Shown piece by piece: positions 25,651-39,186 of a DNA stretch of 64,000 nt (positions within the stretch are counted from its first letter, which is position 1; each line of letters starts with the position of its first letter). Location of the stretch: NCBI GenBank assembly GCA_013265495.1, contig MU058153.1, positions 1,738,001 to 1,802,000 of the forward strand, written 5' to 3'. This DNA is from Vicugna vicugna (taxonomy: Eukaryota). The notes beneath the pieces were generated by a model, which ran no database searches, had not been told where the DNA came from, and saw only the letters and a program-made list of their open reading frames with translations. The position numbers and the translations under genes are program-made.

Positions 25651-28600
25651 GGTGGCTGTTTTTTTGGATATAGAGGGAAGGAGGTGTGGACCTATGGAAC
25701 TCCTAACTTGGTATATGCAATCTTAGCTGCAGAGTTAGATTCCTATATTGGGTTCCTAATTTAAGTCATTTTATGTCTTCTTCTCTGCTTCCCTTTGACT
25801 TTGGAGTTAAATTTTGACTAGGAATCTCTGCTGCCTGCCCTCAAAACCCTGAATCAATCCTGTGTCACTGTAAGAAGCTCAGAATGGCTTTTATAAGCAA
25901 AGCACTGCGGATAGTTAGTGCAATAATTAGAACTCAGGGATCTCTTAATTTCACTCATCTCCTAAATGTGGAAAAATTGGTGTAGAGGTGCACAGAGATA
26001 ACTTTTTAATTTTTCAGTTTATTTAATTTATTCTTTCGCTAGTTCCATTTATTTCACTTCTCAACTTTTATTATATTGGTTTTTAAGATTGGGCCCAATC
26101 CCCGAAATCCTAATTTGCAAAATATATTTCTACCAGAGACAAAAGGGGGGTCACTTAACATTTTTTAAGTTAGGTTGAGAGACCTTATTGAGATATTTAC
26201 GAAAGTAGCGTTTCCCTCAGAAGAAATTCTTTATATATCAGTTGGAGCAGTCACATCTCTCTTTCCCCCATTCAGGAGTAAGCTGATGGCATACATTCAC
26301 ACACAAGATTATTCCTCCCCAAGGCTCATTATCTCTTTCTTACTGGCTGGGAGTTAGGATCCTAGCGGCCTTCTTGTTGCACATAATAAATGATTTTTCA
26401 TGTTTTACCTATTTCTGTCCAATTCTTTACAAAGAGAAAAAAATATTTTAGGGCAGCCATAGATGTAAGTGTAGTAATTCTCGGTGAGTAGAGATTGACA
26501 ATGTGAAGTACTCTAGTTTGAGAATATTATGCCGATCAGCCAAAGGGCACCACTCAAGCTAATGGAGTCTTCATTTCCCGCAATCACTATTCTACCTTTT
26601 ACGTATAAACAAAGGACAAAGTCCCAAAGAACTATTTTAGAAATAGAAATTGTTTAAAAAAATGAAAATAGGAACATTCTTTGCAGAGACTTTTGATATC
26701 CTCTCCATATTTTCCCTCTCACTCTGCTTTTTTCTGGTTCATTGGAATAAACATAGGATGCTTAGGCACTTTTAAGAAAATATAACATTAGAAGTAGACG
26801 TTTTTTCATGTAGCCCAAAAGTTCAAATAAAAAGCAACCTAAATAAAACTTGAAGTTTTTTTTTTTTTTAAGAGAGGGGATTTTTTTTCTTTTTCCTTTT
26901 TTCTTCATTACTTCGTTTGAGAAACCATAAGCCTTCACCAAAATATGTAAAAATGAATTTGGGGAAAGGAAGTGATAATAGACTTAACTTTTTTTAGTCT
27001 ATAGAGATATATCTGCCATGAAACTCACAGAAAAATAATTTTCAGAAGTCATTCAAAAATTTGCCTCAGGGAAATGCACCTGTCTGCATGTGCATAATAG
27101 CTTCCTAAGTACTATTAATATTGGGATTATGGTTTATAAATAACTTTCAAATATTGTATCAATGTATGTGTAGTTCATTTCACAACTGAGAAAATTGGGA
27201 CTTATAAAAGTTCAGCTTTTTAAAAATTATATGTCAACGACTCTGAGGTATGGGATCTGAATCTGACAGCTTCCCCTCGCTACCTGTTGTAATTTTATTA
27301 CAGTTGGAAAATCTTTCTAAGTATTTTATCTCTATTCATTTTTAATCTTCTTCATACATTTAGAAAATTTTTTGCATTTTCCATGTGAAATACATGAAAA
27401 TTATTTGTTCTAAAAATATTTTTGATTCAAAAATATATTCATAAAACAATTTTGGAATGTTCTTTTCCTGAAGCGAGTTTTAAAAGTTGCAGCTGGTCTG
27501 GGGAGCCCTTGTCATCAAACCCTATTAGTGAAATTCTCCACGGGGCTCAGGGAGAGAGGATTGTTTGATTCACTTTTGATTATTAAGAGAATAGTCATGA
27601 GCTATTATTTAGTCTCTACAGGGTAGAGATTTAGTTAAAATCTTTATTGATTTTTTTAATCCCTTTTATCTTTTTGATTTTTCCCAGAGCAGTAGGAAAT
27701 ATTTCTTGCCTCATTAGAATATGACAGTCCAACAATAACCACACAATTTGGATAGAACTCTGGACAACAGAATTCCTTCTAATTCATTGATTTTATATTA
27801 ACAGCAGGTACCATATGGCTTATATATAGTTTTGTTATTTAATATCTGATATCATCTTTCATTTATAGAGAAATAGACCTAGCTCAGAGAGGTATGATTG
27901 TGTTTCATCCAAAAATTATAAATTGCAGTAGTGAAATTTGATTAAATAGCTGTCTACAAAGTCTGTATTTAAAACATGAGTGGTCAATGATGAACACAGG
28001 TCTTTGAAATAATCCCTATTGTTTTAGTTAGCTTTAGCTCCAAGGCACATGACAGATTTGAAAATTTTTCAAAATTCCCAATTCCTAGATGTCTGAATTG
28101 TTTTCTGAAATATCAAAATAATTTCCCCTTTTCTTGTGTTGTAGTTCAAGTACTGTTTTTCACTGAATGATGTATGAAAGTGTAGTAACTTAATCAAATT
28201 GCCTAGAATTGAAGAAGAAGAAAAAATCACCATCATACTTTGATCTCATGTGAGTAATATTTGACAAGTAGAAATAGTATATAAATAATGGTTAATGGAG
28301 AATGTTCAGCCTTCACATTTCATCTTCCTTCTAGCGATATAAATCGTCACGGGAAGAAATGCCATGTTTTATTTGTCATGACCCTGAAGAGAGCAAAATA
28401 AATTAAAAAATGACAGGTGGGGCTAGGGGTAAGATCAATATGCTATTTTACTATAATGTTAAATATTCTGCTTATGATAGATTGGTTTCTTCTCTATTGT
28501 CAGAGTCATTAAAGCTGAAAGGCTTTGAGGCACGAGGTGAAGAGAATACAAATGCATTAGGACCAAGTTAGAGTATGACTTATTGTATGAGTTTGTGTAT

Positions 28601-28826
28601 GACACGGGTGAAATCATATTTTTGGAAATAAAACTACATAGAGAAGATATATAAGCAATATAGATGTGTACTGTGTCTTATATTTTGACCCCTACCATGG
28701 TCTCTTCTTGTCTTTTGGGATCCACGTTCTCTGTCCTATAATTTAATTTCCAACAAGCATCCACAGTAATTAAAAAGTAAGTTACATACGTCACTTTATT
28801 CTTAACCTCTTTACAGTCTCCTAAAA

Positions 28827-29040
28827 CAGGGCTTCTTAACCTTAACTCTACAACAATTTAGGCAGTAATTCTTTGTTGTGGGGAACTGTCCTGTGTATTG
28901 TAGGATGTTTAGCCTCATCTCTGGACTCAACTCACTGAAGGCCAGGAACCCCTTCTCCTCTATTTGTGACAACCAAAAATGTGTCCACAGTGTCAAGTGT
29001 CCCCTAGGGAGCAAAACTATCACCTTGTTGAGAACCATTG
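28827..29040 (-). mobile_element. MER20 (hAT-Charlie MITE), full length
   Basis: TIRs cagggcttcttaacc / gttgagaaccattg; internal tgtgacaaccaaaaatgtgtcca; 8-bp flanks tcctaaaa and tgctaaag (6/8). Confidence 0.9.
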
Positions 29041-29099
29041 TGCTAAAGACTTTATGCTCAATACAAAATAAATTTTATACACATTATTCTACAAAATTC

Positions 29100-29810
29100 C
29101 AAAATGATCTCTCTATATTTGACCTCTCACAAATTCTATCATAAACTCTATAAACTATTCTCACCACACTCCAGATACACGTACAGTCTTTTGGCTTCTC
29201 CAAATTGCCACGATTATTCTCAAGGCAGGAAGGCGCCTGTTGTCCTGAAACAAATAGACTGCCAGAAATTTCTCCTGCAAAGATGCGCTTATTCGGGATC
29301 AGCAGAGAATTGCAACTCGGGGTCTGCAGCCGTAGCCTAGCCATATGCAAGTCCCTCCATCGCAAGGGAAGGAAAATGCTTTTATAGAGAGAAGAAGGGA
29401 GTTGGGAGGGCGAGAGTAAAGAAAGAGTCCGTGGCTTCTCATTGGCTGAGTCTTTGCCGGCAGAGAAGAGGAGTCTTTTTTTTCTTCCCGTTGGGCTCTG
29501 CTATGGTCACAGGGCATGAAAGCTCCTCCTTCTGGTCTCCTGATTCTATTTAACTTTTACTGTTTATCAATGTTTACAAGCCCTTAAATAGTCATTTTCC
29601 CAATTTGGACTTCTCTCCCTCAAGGAGCTCCTTCATGTCTGTATCAACTGTCACTTCTGGAGGACCTTCCTGGGCTACCCGATTTCAAATAGCCCCCTAG
29701 TCGACTGTATGGTATCACTCTGCATTATACCTTTCCCAAAACTTACTAATGTATTTTGAGATTTACATTTTATTATCCCTTTCCTCTGGAATGTAAGGTA
29801 CATAACAGAT
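29100..29810 (+). mobile_element. L2 fragment interrupted by an LTR
   Basis: cacactccagatacac...; after the LTR, tgtcacttctggaggaccttcctgggctacc. Confidence 0.55.
29238..29578 (-). mobile_element. Solo LTR, probably ERV1 class, relatively young
   Basis: TGT...ACA termini; flanks cgcc and agcc (3/4 TSD); minus-strand CCAAT (29441-29445), TATAAAA (29380-29386) and AATAAG (29288-29293) in LTR order. Confidence 0.8.
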
Positions 29811-30599
29811 ACTTTGAGCTTTTTAACACATTTTTATTAAACGCAACATTATTCTACACTTGTGGAATATAGTATTAAAATGCCAAACACAAAAGTATCA
29901 ATAAATACATAAGCTATAAAAATCAAGCAGAATTTAGTCATTTAACCAGATCAGAACTGGACTAGAGTACAATAAATAAAAGAAATAGGTTCCAGGTTTA
30001 CTCATCTGTATCAAAGTTGAGAGCCATTAAAAAGTTTTAAATTCCCCTCTCTAATAAGATAACTAGCTTTAATATCATCCATGTGTATGATGTAACAAGG
30101 AATGGGAATATGACAAAAGAATGAAAGAGAATTAAGGATAAGAGAATAAATAAGTGAGAAGCTCCCTAACTTCTCCAAGTAGTAATGATACTCTATCCTC
30201 TCCCTTACAATTGCATTAATGTATCTCTGACATAATAATTAGCATGAGGTGGCCTTCTACTGGTTATAAGGTCCTTGAGGGCAGAACCATAACTTTTCAT
30301 TTAGCTATCTGTAATAAATGCTTCTGTACTGATTATCTGGTGAATGAGCAGCATGTCCATATTGATTGCTTTGTTTGTGAATTTTTATTTATTTATTCAA
30401 TCAACACTGTTTATTTTGTAATCTTCCAGCACTGTTCTAGCCACTAGGATTTAATTCTTATTCATGTTTTGCCTTTATCTTCTCCTCTCTGGGGTAGCAG
30501 GAAAAAATGCTTCAATAGTGAGAGCCCTGCCTACCTTTCCTCCCCAAGAATAAAGAAAATCGGTAATGCTAAACTGATGGAACTTCATCGTTTTCGCTT

Positions 30600-30790
30600 T
30601 ACTTTTCTCTAATTTGAAAGCCCGCAACTCGGTCAATGAAATTAATGATGGGGAAATTGAGAATCAATACAAGGAAATACGTTCTTTGCCTTGTGTGTAG
30701 TCAGGCGATAGAATTCTCTGACGCAGATGCGATCAAGTCAAATAATGTGTGGTTGGATATGAAAATAGAAGAGAGAGTTTTAGCTTCATT
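30600..30790 (+). mobile_element. Ancient CR1-type LINE ORF2 tail relic
   Basis: MKLMMGKLRINTRKY...WLDMKIE resembles the CR1 tail RGHSMKLxxxKFRTNKRKYFF...GLDxxM. Confidence 0.6.
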
Positions 30791-31275
30791 CATAGCACTC
30801 GCAGTTATTAGTCTATTGATCAGACAAAGGGGAAATTTATCTTTTGCTTCTGGGCATATTGAGATGTTGATTATCTGCAAAGATAAATGTGTGATATTTT
30901 GATCTTCTGTGGAATTTATGTTTCAGGGGAGAAGCAGGGGAGAGTTGATATATGGAATTGATCCTACTGCTTCCAGAAAAGCTAGAGATCAGATACCTAC
31001 ACTGAACCCGTGTGACAAATGGAAAGATCCACATCACCACATTTCCAAGACCTTCAAAATAAGCAACATAACAGTTATTAAATAAAAAATAGACAAAACT
31101 TATTTTATGATAAATGTTCTTTATGAAAAAATAACACTGGATTGATAGAAAAAGAGGGGGGAAATGTGTACTGAGTACTGATTCTGTCCTAGACACAAAT
31201 TAAGTGGTCTTACCTAGTTATTCTAATGATTCTAGGAAATGATAGAGAAAAACTACTGATTGAAAGTAAACAATG

Positions 31276-31489
31276 GTTCTAACCAATATACATATATAAA
31301 ATAGATAAACAATAAGTTTACACTGTATAGCACAAGGAGCTGTATTCAATATGTTGCAGTAACATATGGTGAAAAAGAATATGAAAACAAATATATGTAT
31401 GTTCATGTATGACTGAAGCCTTATGCTGTACACCAGAAATTGACACAACATGGTAAACTGCCTATACTTCAAATTTATATATATATATA
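31276..31489 (+). mobile_element. 5'-truncated young L1 (camelid type) with (TA)n tail
   Basis: tgctgtacaccagaaattgacacaacatggtaaactgcctatacttcaaa; TSD gaaagtaaacaatg (31262-31275) / gaaagtaaaccacg (31490-31503), 12/14. Confidence 0.9.
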
Positions 31490-33929
31490 GAAAGTAAACC
31501 ACGTACTAGCAAAGATTACATACTTTGTATATTGGTAGACATTTTAATACTCAAAATGATGCATGAAATGGTTTTATTATTCTTTCTTAAGATAAAAAAA
31601 CTAAAGAAAGTTAACCTGCATGAAACCAGTAAATAAATTTACGGCTCTCTGATAACTAAGCTTTATGCTAAGCCTCCCAACACCATTTTGCCAAGGAGAA
31701 AACTGAAGCTCATCATAGATAAATAAAAAGTTGTGGTGTGTCCCAGCAAAAGAGGAGGGGAGAACATTTTGCAAATCTCTGGAGTATGTTCTTCAGAGTA
31801 AAATCACTATAACCTTATGTTCTATTTAGAAAATGCCCTGAGCCTTTAGTTTACCACAAAATAAATTAAATTGAACATTTCAAATGTGCTTTTAATAGAA
31901 ATGTCTGTTTTTTAAAAAGAAATCATCATTTGAAAGTAAAATTTAATTTAAATATTATCCTGGAAACTTTCTAATAATAATCCCCGCAGAACAGAGTTTT
32001 TATTTACGTTGCATCTCACTGCCCGTTCTATTGCTCCAAAGGCTTTATTCAGAGTAGTTTCAACATCACGAGCAGAGAGATTATACACAGAGAGATAAAA
32101 GCATCTTTGGTAGCAGAGTCACCACATTGAATGGGAGGAGTATTTAAAGGGGATTATCAATAAACCACTCCTCTAATTTCAAGCTTATCCAGTGAATGGT
32201 CACAAACTGGTAAAATCTTCAAGAAAAAATATGGAGACATAGGTAGCCATACAGATTCTGTGGCTTGAATTTATTAATATAGCTATTTGGGCAAATTTAT
32301 TCAGACAACATGAAGCATAATTAGGAAAAGCCATTAAAGTGATATGGTCGAAAGACACTCTAAAAATCAAGGTCTGTGCTTAGTAATAGCATGTTTAAAA
32401 TAGTTTCAACATGTTATTGCTTTAAAAAAAAAAAAAAGGAAAACTAAAAAAAAAGCCCACAATTCTGTTAACACTTGAGTTAGATTTGGGACATCACACG
32501 TTAATCTAAACCTTTTATTCAACATTGATGTCTGTCATTTAAGCATATGATCAAAATATGTGACCTTTTCTCTGACATTCATTTACTTTTTGTGTATAAC
32601 AATGGACGTAATAATATTAAACATTTATAAGTAATTAAATGGTGGAAACAATCCATGAATCCTAGTATATAAATACATGATGATTACAAAGATGAGAAAA
32701 ATCAAATTAGTATTTACCATCTTCCCAATCTTAGGAAACTCAACTAATATGATTGACTGATTGATTGATTTTTATTTTATGGAAGACAGTATGGGTTTTG
32801 AATTATGAAATCATTTGGTCATGGCTGCCCTTGTTAATTAACAGTGTGTAGGTGGTTAATAAAGCTTCATTCTCAGAACTGAAGTGACAATTATTTACCT
32901 AGGACAGTGCCTGGCATACAGAAGACATTTAATTCATAGTATTTTTTTTTCTATTTTTGAATAGAGTTTTCTGAAGGGAAAAGTAAGACTCAAATGCTGA
33001 GTGGTTCAAAGGAAATACATAAGTATTACATCATAGATTTCTCATATACTGTGGAGGCAAATATTCAGAGAATCTATTCAAAGGATGGAAAGTAGGTCTC
33101 AACTCACATGTTAAAGCAGAGTAATGAGTCTATGTTGTAAGTGATATTTGGACTTAAGAAGAAAATTTGCTGCAACTGATCAGTAATATTTGGTTTGTGT
33201 GTAGAATTGTTGGTTCCAAGGCTACACCCATGCAGATTATTTTCCACTCTCAAACAGCCATAATTCTGTGAGCAACCTTTTATCATAGCGTAGTCTCTGA
33301 AAATGAAGCTGAAAGTATCATGACCAATTCTTCTTTATTATAGAGATAACTAATTCAGAGATGACCGGATGCTCTCAGGTACAGGCTAAAATTCATTTGA
33401 ATATAAACAATTACAGAAAAGTTTGATTTTTTTGGTTTAAGATGGTGAAATTATTTTAAAATGGGTTACTGAATACTCAGTAAATTGTGATTTCATACTT
33501 AAGCCTATTAAAAAGGTCCGTATCCCATTCTTAAGAGGAGTTTTAAAGAGAAATGGAATGAATTTTGGTCACCTATTGAATTAAACTGAAAGAATACTTT
33601 AATAACTTCATTGTTTTTTTAAATAACCAAATTTAATCTCAAAAATAATATTATATAAATTGATTTGATTTATTGAAGCTATTTAGTAAGGTGTTCTTTT
33701 ATATATTTGCATCTGATAATTCCTATACAGGCAGACACGGTTTTCTTCCCTGGATACAGACACCTCTGGGTGGGGTCCATGCTGGAGGAATTTCTAACAT
33801 ACCTTTAGAGTTGTCAAATAAGAATTTGAAGGATTAATTTATCTTTCACTGGTATATGTAGGGGGGTACTAGTAGCACAGTTATTAGACCTGTTCCAGTC
33901 ATGTTGGATTCCTGTGGTGGCCAAATCCA

Positions 33930-34115
33930 CATTGAATGTATGTCTTTTGTATGCCAGCAATTATGCTATCGCCTGGACTACGTACTTAATTTTCAAAAAG
34001 CACTGTGAAGGTAGATTTTTAAGTTCCCATTTTATAGTCTCACTAGTTCAGTAAGACTAAGAAATGTGTCAAAGATCAGACTATCAGTAAAGTTTTAAAG
34101 CCAGTTTAACTTGAC
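33930..34115 (-). mobile_element. MIR fragment
   Basis: gcactgtgaaggtagatttttaagttcccattttatag...aaagatcagactatcagtaa. Confidence 0.5.
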
Positions 34116-35268
34116 TCCCCATTACCATCTAATGAATGTCAGTAAGAACAAGTCCCTGTGGACACTGTGTGCTTTTTTTTGTTTCAAACGTTTCCTTTCA
34201 TCCTCTCTATTGCCTCCATAAAGCTATAGTAGATATTCCATCCTCCCAAGTTCTCTTGCTGATGAAAGTAACATTAAAGGCAGGTATGGTAGGATACCAA
34301 TATGTGTAATTCTTCAAATGGATCTCGGAGCATCTACTCTGAGGCATTTAATTGCCCTTGAAAACTCATTCCAAATTCTCTTTTATGAGCAAAGGAACTT
34401 GAATGAATGTGTCCATTTAGACATTTTTCTAAAAGCTAAGGTAAACATTTTTGTTTTGAAGAAGTCACCGTAGTTCCTAAAAAGGATACCTTGCTAGGCT
34501 GAGAATTTTAATAAAAATGGTTTATGGTTCATTTTGAGCTATGACGTGAGATAAAAGCCAACACTATCTACTTCCTTCTTTTAGGTGCTTTATACTAATA
34601 ACTAATTTTATTACAAATTTTGCTTTCTCAGATAAAAGGATCAGAAAAAAATTTTCCTAGGAAATGAAATTATCTATCAGTCATTTCTTAAGTATAAAAT
34701 AACTAAATTTTCATCCTATAAAATATCTATTTTATGTAAAATTAACCAATTATGCATGTAAAAAAGTCTACATTTTTACTTTTAATAACATCAATTTTAT
34801 ATTATTCTAAAGTATATTTATTATTTTTTAAATTACATGTAGTTTATAAAACCATTAAAATCATTGAACACTTTGACCCATAATTCTTACAGCTTTACTT
34901 TTAAAAAGGTACTTTTGTTTTTCCTCTTTGTCCAATTTTAACTCCTTTTCACTATTTACATGACTGTAATAGTAGTACTATTTGTTTTTCTAGTTTTTAA
35001 TTAATTTGATTGTTCGCTCTATATTATAAAATCAATTCACAATTATATGGATTTCAGCATCTGTCCCCCAGTGACCCTTCACTTCCATTTTCTGCCATCA
35101 CACTAAATGACTGCTGCATCTAGTGCATGTGCCATCTAATAAAACAGAATTGAACATTCTTCCTCTCCTCAATGCCGATGACTTTCACTCTCACCATACA
35201 CCTGATGTTGAAAGTGGTACAGGTATCGTGAAGGGTATAGAAGATGAAAAGATGAGCGATTTGCAATT

Positions 35269-35600
35269 TTTTTTTAATTGAAGTCAGTTAATTATAGTCA
35301 GTTACAATGTGTCAGTTTCTGGTGTACAGCATACTGTCCCAGTCATGCATATATATACATGTATTTATTTTCATATTCTTTTTCATTAAAGGTTATTACA
35401 ACATACTGAATATAGTTCCCTGTGCCATACAGAATAAATTTGTTTTTAAATTTATTTTTATTTATAGTGGTTAAGATTTGCAAATCTCAAACACCCAAAT
35501 TTATCCCTTCCCACCCCCCTTCTCCAGTAACCATAAGATTGTTTACTATGTCTGAGAGTCTGTTTCTGTTTTGTAGATGGATTCATTAGTGTCCTCTTTA
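35269..35600 (-). mobile_element. 5'-truncated young L1 3' end
   Basis: Poly(T) then aattgaag...tctggtgtacagc...gagtctgtttctgttttgtagat; candidate TSD tttgcaatt / tttgtaatt. Confidence 0.9.
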
Positions 35601-35610
35601 CTTTGTAATT

Positions 35611-35790
35611 CTGAGGAGTCTGTATTCAACTATCGCCCAGTCAAGCCCCCAGTTGACTGCAGATTCATGAGCAACCTTTCTGGGATGAGTCAAACCCAGC
35701 CCAAATCAGCTATTTTTGGGTGAGAAAAAAATAAGTGATTGGTGAATTTAGCTTAATATTAGCTTTTAACCAACAGACCTTTATTCATAA
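35611..35790 (+). mobile_element. MaLR (MLT1G/H-like) fragment
   Basis: cccagtcaagccccagttgactgcagattcatgagcaacc...cccagcccaaatc. Confidence 0.45.
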
Positions 35791-36972
35791 TATTATTGTG
35801 GAAATATTTTGCAGGCACTTTATAGCAACTTCAATTTTTTTTTTCTAAAGTTGAAGTTATCTTTCACTTCCTTGATTCCCCCTGACCTTGTAACTTTGAA
35901 ATTTTCTCCTGAGTTATTCATTTTGTTGAATAAATAACATGAAACCTATGCAATTTCATAGGTCCAAAACATGCTTTTTTTTCTTTCCTTTCAGTAATTT
36001 CCAACTTATAAATTTTTAAAAGTCTCTGTTAATGCTGCCTTCTATGAATATTCAAAGTTCATTGTCTATGTCTCCACACTGAAAATTTCTTAGTTCCGTC
36101 TCTAATCATATTTTACCTGATATATCATCAGTACTTCTCTCTTCAACTGAATGTGACTCACTTTGATATCACATTCATCTTTCCAAAATGCAAAATTAAT
36201 TGGGCTATTTTCCTGCTTAAATTCTTTCGTTATGTCTTTGGAAAGAGACTTGATACTATTTTGGATGTTAAAAAAAAAAAAAGCCCTTTGATGTGTGGCT
36301 CATGTATTCCTATCTGTCCTCAGTAAGGTCAGTTTTAGAAGACCCGTGTCCATATGTTTTTGTACGTGTGTTAGTTTTTCTGGCATGGCTTCCCACTCAT
36401 TATGTGCAAAGTCTATGCTTTCTAATTCTTCAAGATATATATCAAACCTCACTATCTCTTACATGATGTAAATTCCTAAAATTTGTGTTGCCATAACACA
36501 CTAATCACACCACTATTTTAGCATTTATTATTTCAACAAATATTTAGCATATTTTACTTTATATGTTAGCTTCTAATGACAGAGAACATGACTTATAAGA
36601 CTAATATGATTTGCTTCATAATTTAGAGAAGAAATGATTGTTTTTTTCCTTTCTTGAATTATTTTCTTGGGAGATATTACTCGGAGGGGCAGCATATAAT
36701 GAGCTGACTGCACCCAAAACTAACAAAAATTTAAAAATCAACATTTTCTTATTATTTAAAACTTTCTGCTTTTCAATGAATGATCAGGCAGTCAAATATT
36801 TCTAAATTTAAAAAAACTTACAACTTGATTTAAAGTAATCGGAAAATGGGAATCTCTTCAAAGTTTTTCCTAAATTAAGGTGTATCCCAGAAGTTCATTA
36901 CACTGAACGGCATGGCATTGTAATTCTCTAAGGAAAGTCTGAGATTCATTAGCCTGTGTATTTCTTGAATAC

Positions 36973-37045
36973 TTTTTTTTTTTTTTAATGGAGGTACTGG
37001 GGATTGAACCCACACAAAAATACCTACCACTGAGCTATCATCCCC
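36973..37045 (-). mobile_element. tRNA-derived SINE (camelid Vic-1-like), internally shortened
   Basis: Minus strand: ggggatgatagctcagtggtag (A box)...gggttcaatccccagtacctcc (B box), then poly(A). Confidence 0.75.
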
Positions 37046-37681
37046 AGAATTTCCTTTTAGTTAAGATGCAATACAAGTCAAAGACGTCTCAGAAATACAT
37101 GAGAAAAGTCTATACAAATATTTCTGATAATCTATACAAGTCATAAACTTTTGATCAGAATGAATATTCCTTAATCCATGTTCCAAGACTTTGGAAGTTA
37201 GGGTCAATATTCTTCTCAGTCTCCATTAATAATATAGAAATGTATGTATGTATAAGGTGAACATCATAGCAATGCATTCCACCTGTAGGATCATATATGT
37301 ATATACATATTTTTGGTCTGTACTTTCTATGAAGTTGCATTTGACATTTCAAGCAGCCTAAAAAAAGGAGCTAACTGTTTCAATGAACTTGAGGAATTAT
37401 TAGCAGATTGCCACTTATTTTAGAACACAAATACGCTCATAGAAGCTTGGGAAAAAAATACCACATGGATATGTATTGCATTCATTGTTGGCCTACAGCT
37501 ATTTGAGTTCACTTCTCATTGATTTTTATTCTTTTTCAGTGTGACAAGCCTATTTTATCGTTTTTTGTGTGTGCTATCTGGTTTTTGGTGTGTGTGTGGT
37601 TTTTTAAGCACCTTAGCAGAATTTCGTGGTGTGTATTGTCAGATGGTTTTACAAAACTTTTACAATTAAATTTTTTAAGTA

Positions 37682-37890
37682 CAGTCAACCCTGGAATGAC
37701 ACAAGTTTTAACTTCATAAGTCCACGTCTATACAAATTTTTTTCTCAATAAATACGTTGAAACACCATCTGCCATTGGTTGAATCAGCGGATGTGGAACT
37801 TGGGCTACGGGAGGCCACTGCAAAGTTATGCTCAGGTCGTTAAGCAAGGGAGCAGTGCCCTTAACCACCATGTTGTTCAAAGGTCAACTC
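37682..37890 (+). mobile_element. TcMar-Tigger MITE (Tigger2a-like)
   Basis: TIRs cagtcaaccctggaatgaca / tgttgttcaaaggtcaactc; TA TSD at 37680-37681 and 37891-37892. Confidence 0.85.
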
Positions 37891-39086
37891 TATATGCTTG
37901 TACCTGGTCAGGGTCTAAGCTTGAACTAACTCAAGTTTTAAACTATAGCCCTGAGATACATTTTAAATTAGGCGTACTCTATAAGTACTCATTGTGACTT
38001 TTATTAATTTAGTTATCTATTTAACAGATGTTTAGTGAGTAGATATTAATAACAGGACAATATGCTAGATGCTCTTGGGATTTCAAAAGAAGAGAAGCAG
38101 CACAGTATGAGTTCTACTGGTGGTTTATGTACTTGAGAATGAAAGACAAGCAAGAGGAGCATGCTACGCTTGAAAATATCACCCAATACAATGAAACTCT
38201 TCCAGTGAGTAACGCAAAACATGCATAGTGAAAACACGACATTCAAAGTAATGAACACTCTTCTGAAATCAGACTGCAAGATATTGCTCCATGTTCTCTG
38301 TGGGTGGAGAGAGCAAAGCTGGTTTTTCTAAAGTCAGGTTTTTATGGACTTTATTTTTGTTACCATAATTCCCTCTGAAATGGCTTACGTTCTCAGGATA
38401 TTCAGCAGATACGAGAAGTTGCTGTCTTCTCGATAAGTCTTTTGTCTTTAATTAATTGACAACACAAGTAAAGCAGGCAAAGCAAAATCTATTGTCCAAG
38501 ATGCATTTATTGGAGACAAGACAAATGTCAGATGGTAATGTGCTAACAGTGAGAGTCATCCAAATTAGAATTTAAAATATAGTAGTTGTACTGAACATGA
38601 GACAGCCAATTTCTACTTTTCACCCACTAGCTGTAAAATAATAATGATCTTCCTTTAAATAATTTGTGCACAAATGGCTTAAAATATAATTTTTATAGAA
38701 GCATGACATTTCTAATTTTTAAATTGTAAATTTGAGAACCAATACTGTCTTTGTAGAAATTAATAAAACCTTAATTTCTTTTTCAAACTGTGGTGGTTCA
38801 GACGAATCTTTAGAGATATTATGTTGGAATGAATAGTGTGATTGTGTTAGTCTTTCAGCTCTGCACTTTTATGGATTTCCAAGTTTGGTGAATTTCCCCT
38901 AGGATCTTTCCTTCACCAAATGTCACATGACAGCCAAAAACCAAATGCATCCTTCCATCTTAATTTTTTTTGTTTCATTCAGCAAAAACTTGTTGGACTT
39001 CTACTTAGTTTTTGTGGAAGATACAAAGATGAATAATGAATGAATACTAGGAAATATTTCTTATGAATATAACATAAATTACTTTT

Positions 39087-39186
39087 CTTTTCCTTATTTA
39101 TTTTTTAGTGGAGATTCTGGGAATCAAACCCAGGACCTCATGCATCATAAGCATGTGGTCCACCCCTGAGCTTTTACCCTCCCCCT
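39087..39186 (-). mobile_element. tRNA-derived SINE (camelid Vic-1-like)
   Basis: ggaatcaaacccaggacctcatgcatcataagcatg...ctgagcttttaccctccccc; TSD cataaattactttt (39073-39086) / cataaattattttt (39187-39200), 13/14. Confidence 0.85.

Noticed and set aside
26087..26100. Perfect 14-bp palindrome gattgggcccaatc
   Set aside because: About four such palindromes are expected by chance in 64 kb (64000/4^7).
36985..39186. tRNA genes (A/B boxes at ~37.0 and ~39.1 kb)
   Set aside because: A-rich tails, a TSD at the 39.1 kb copy and no intact cloverleaf indicate tRNA-derived SINEs.
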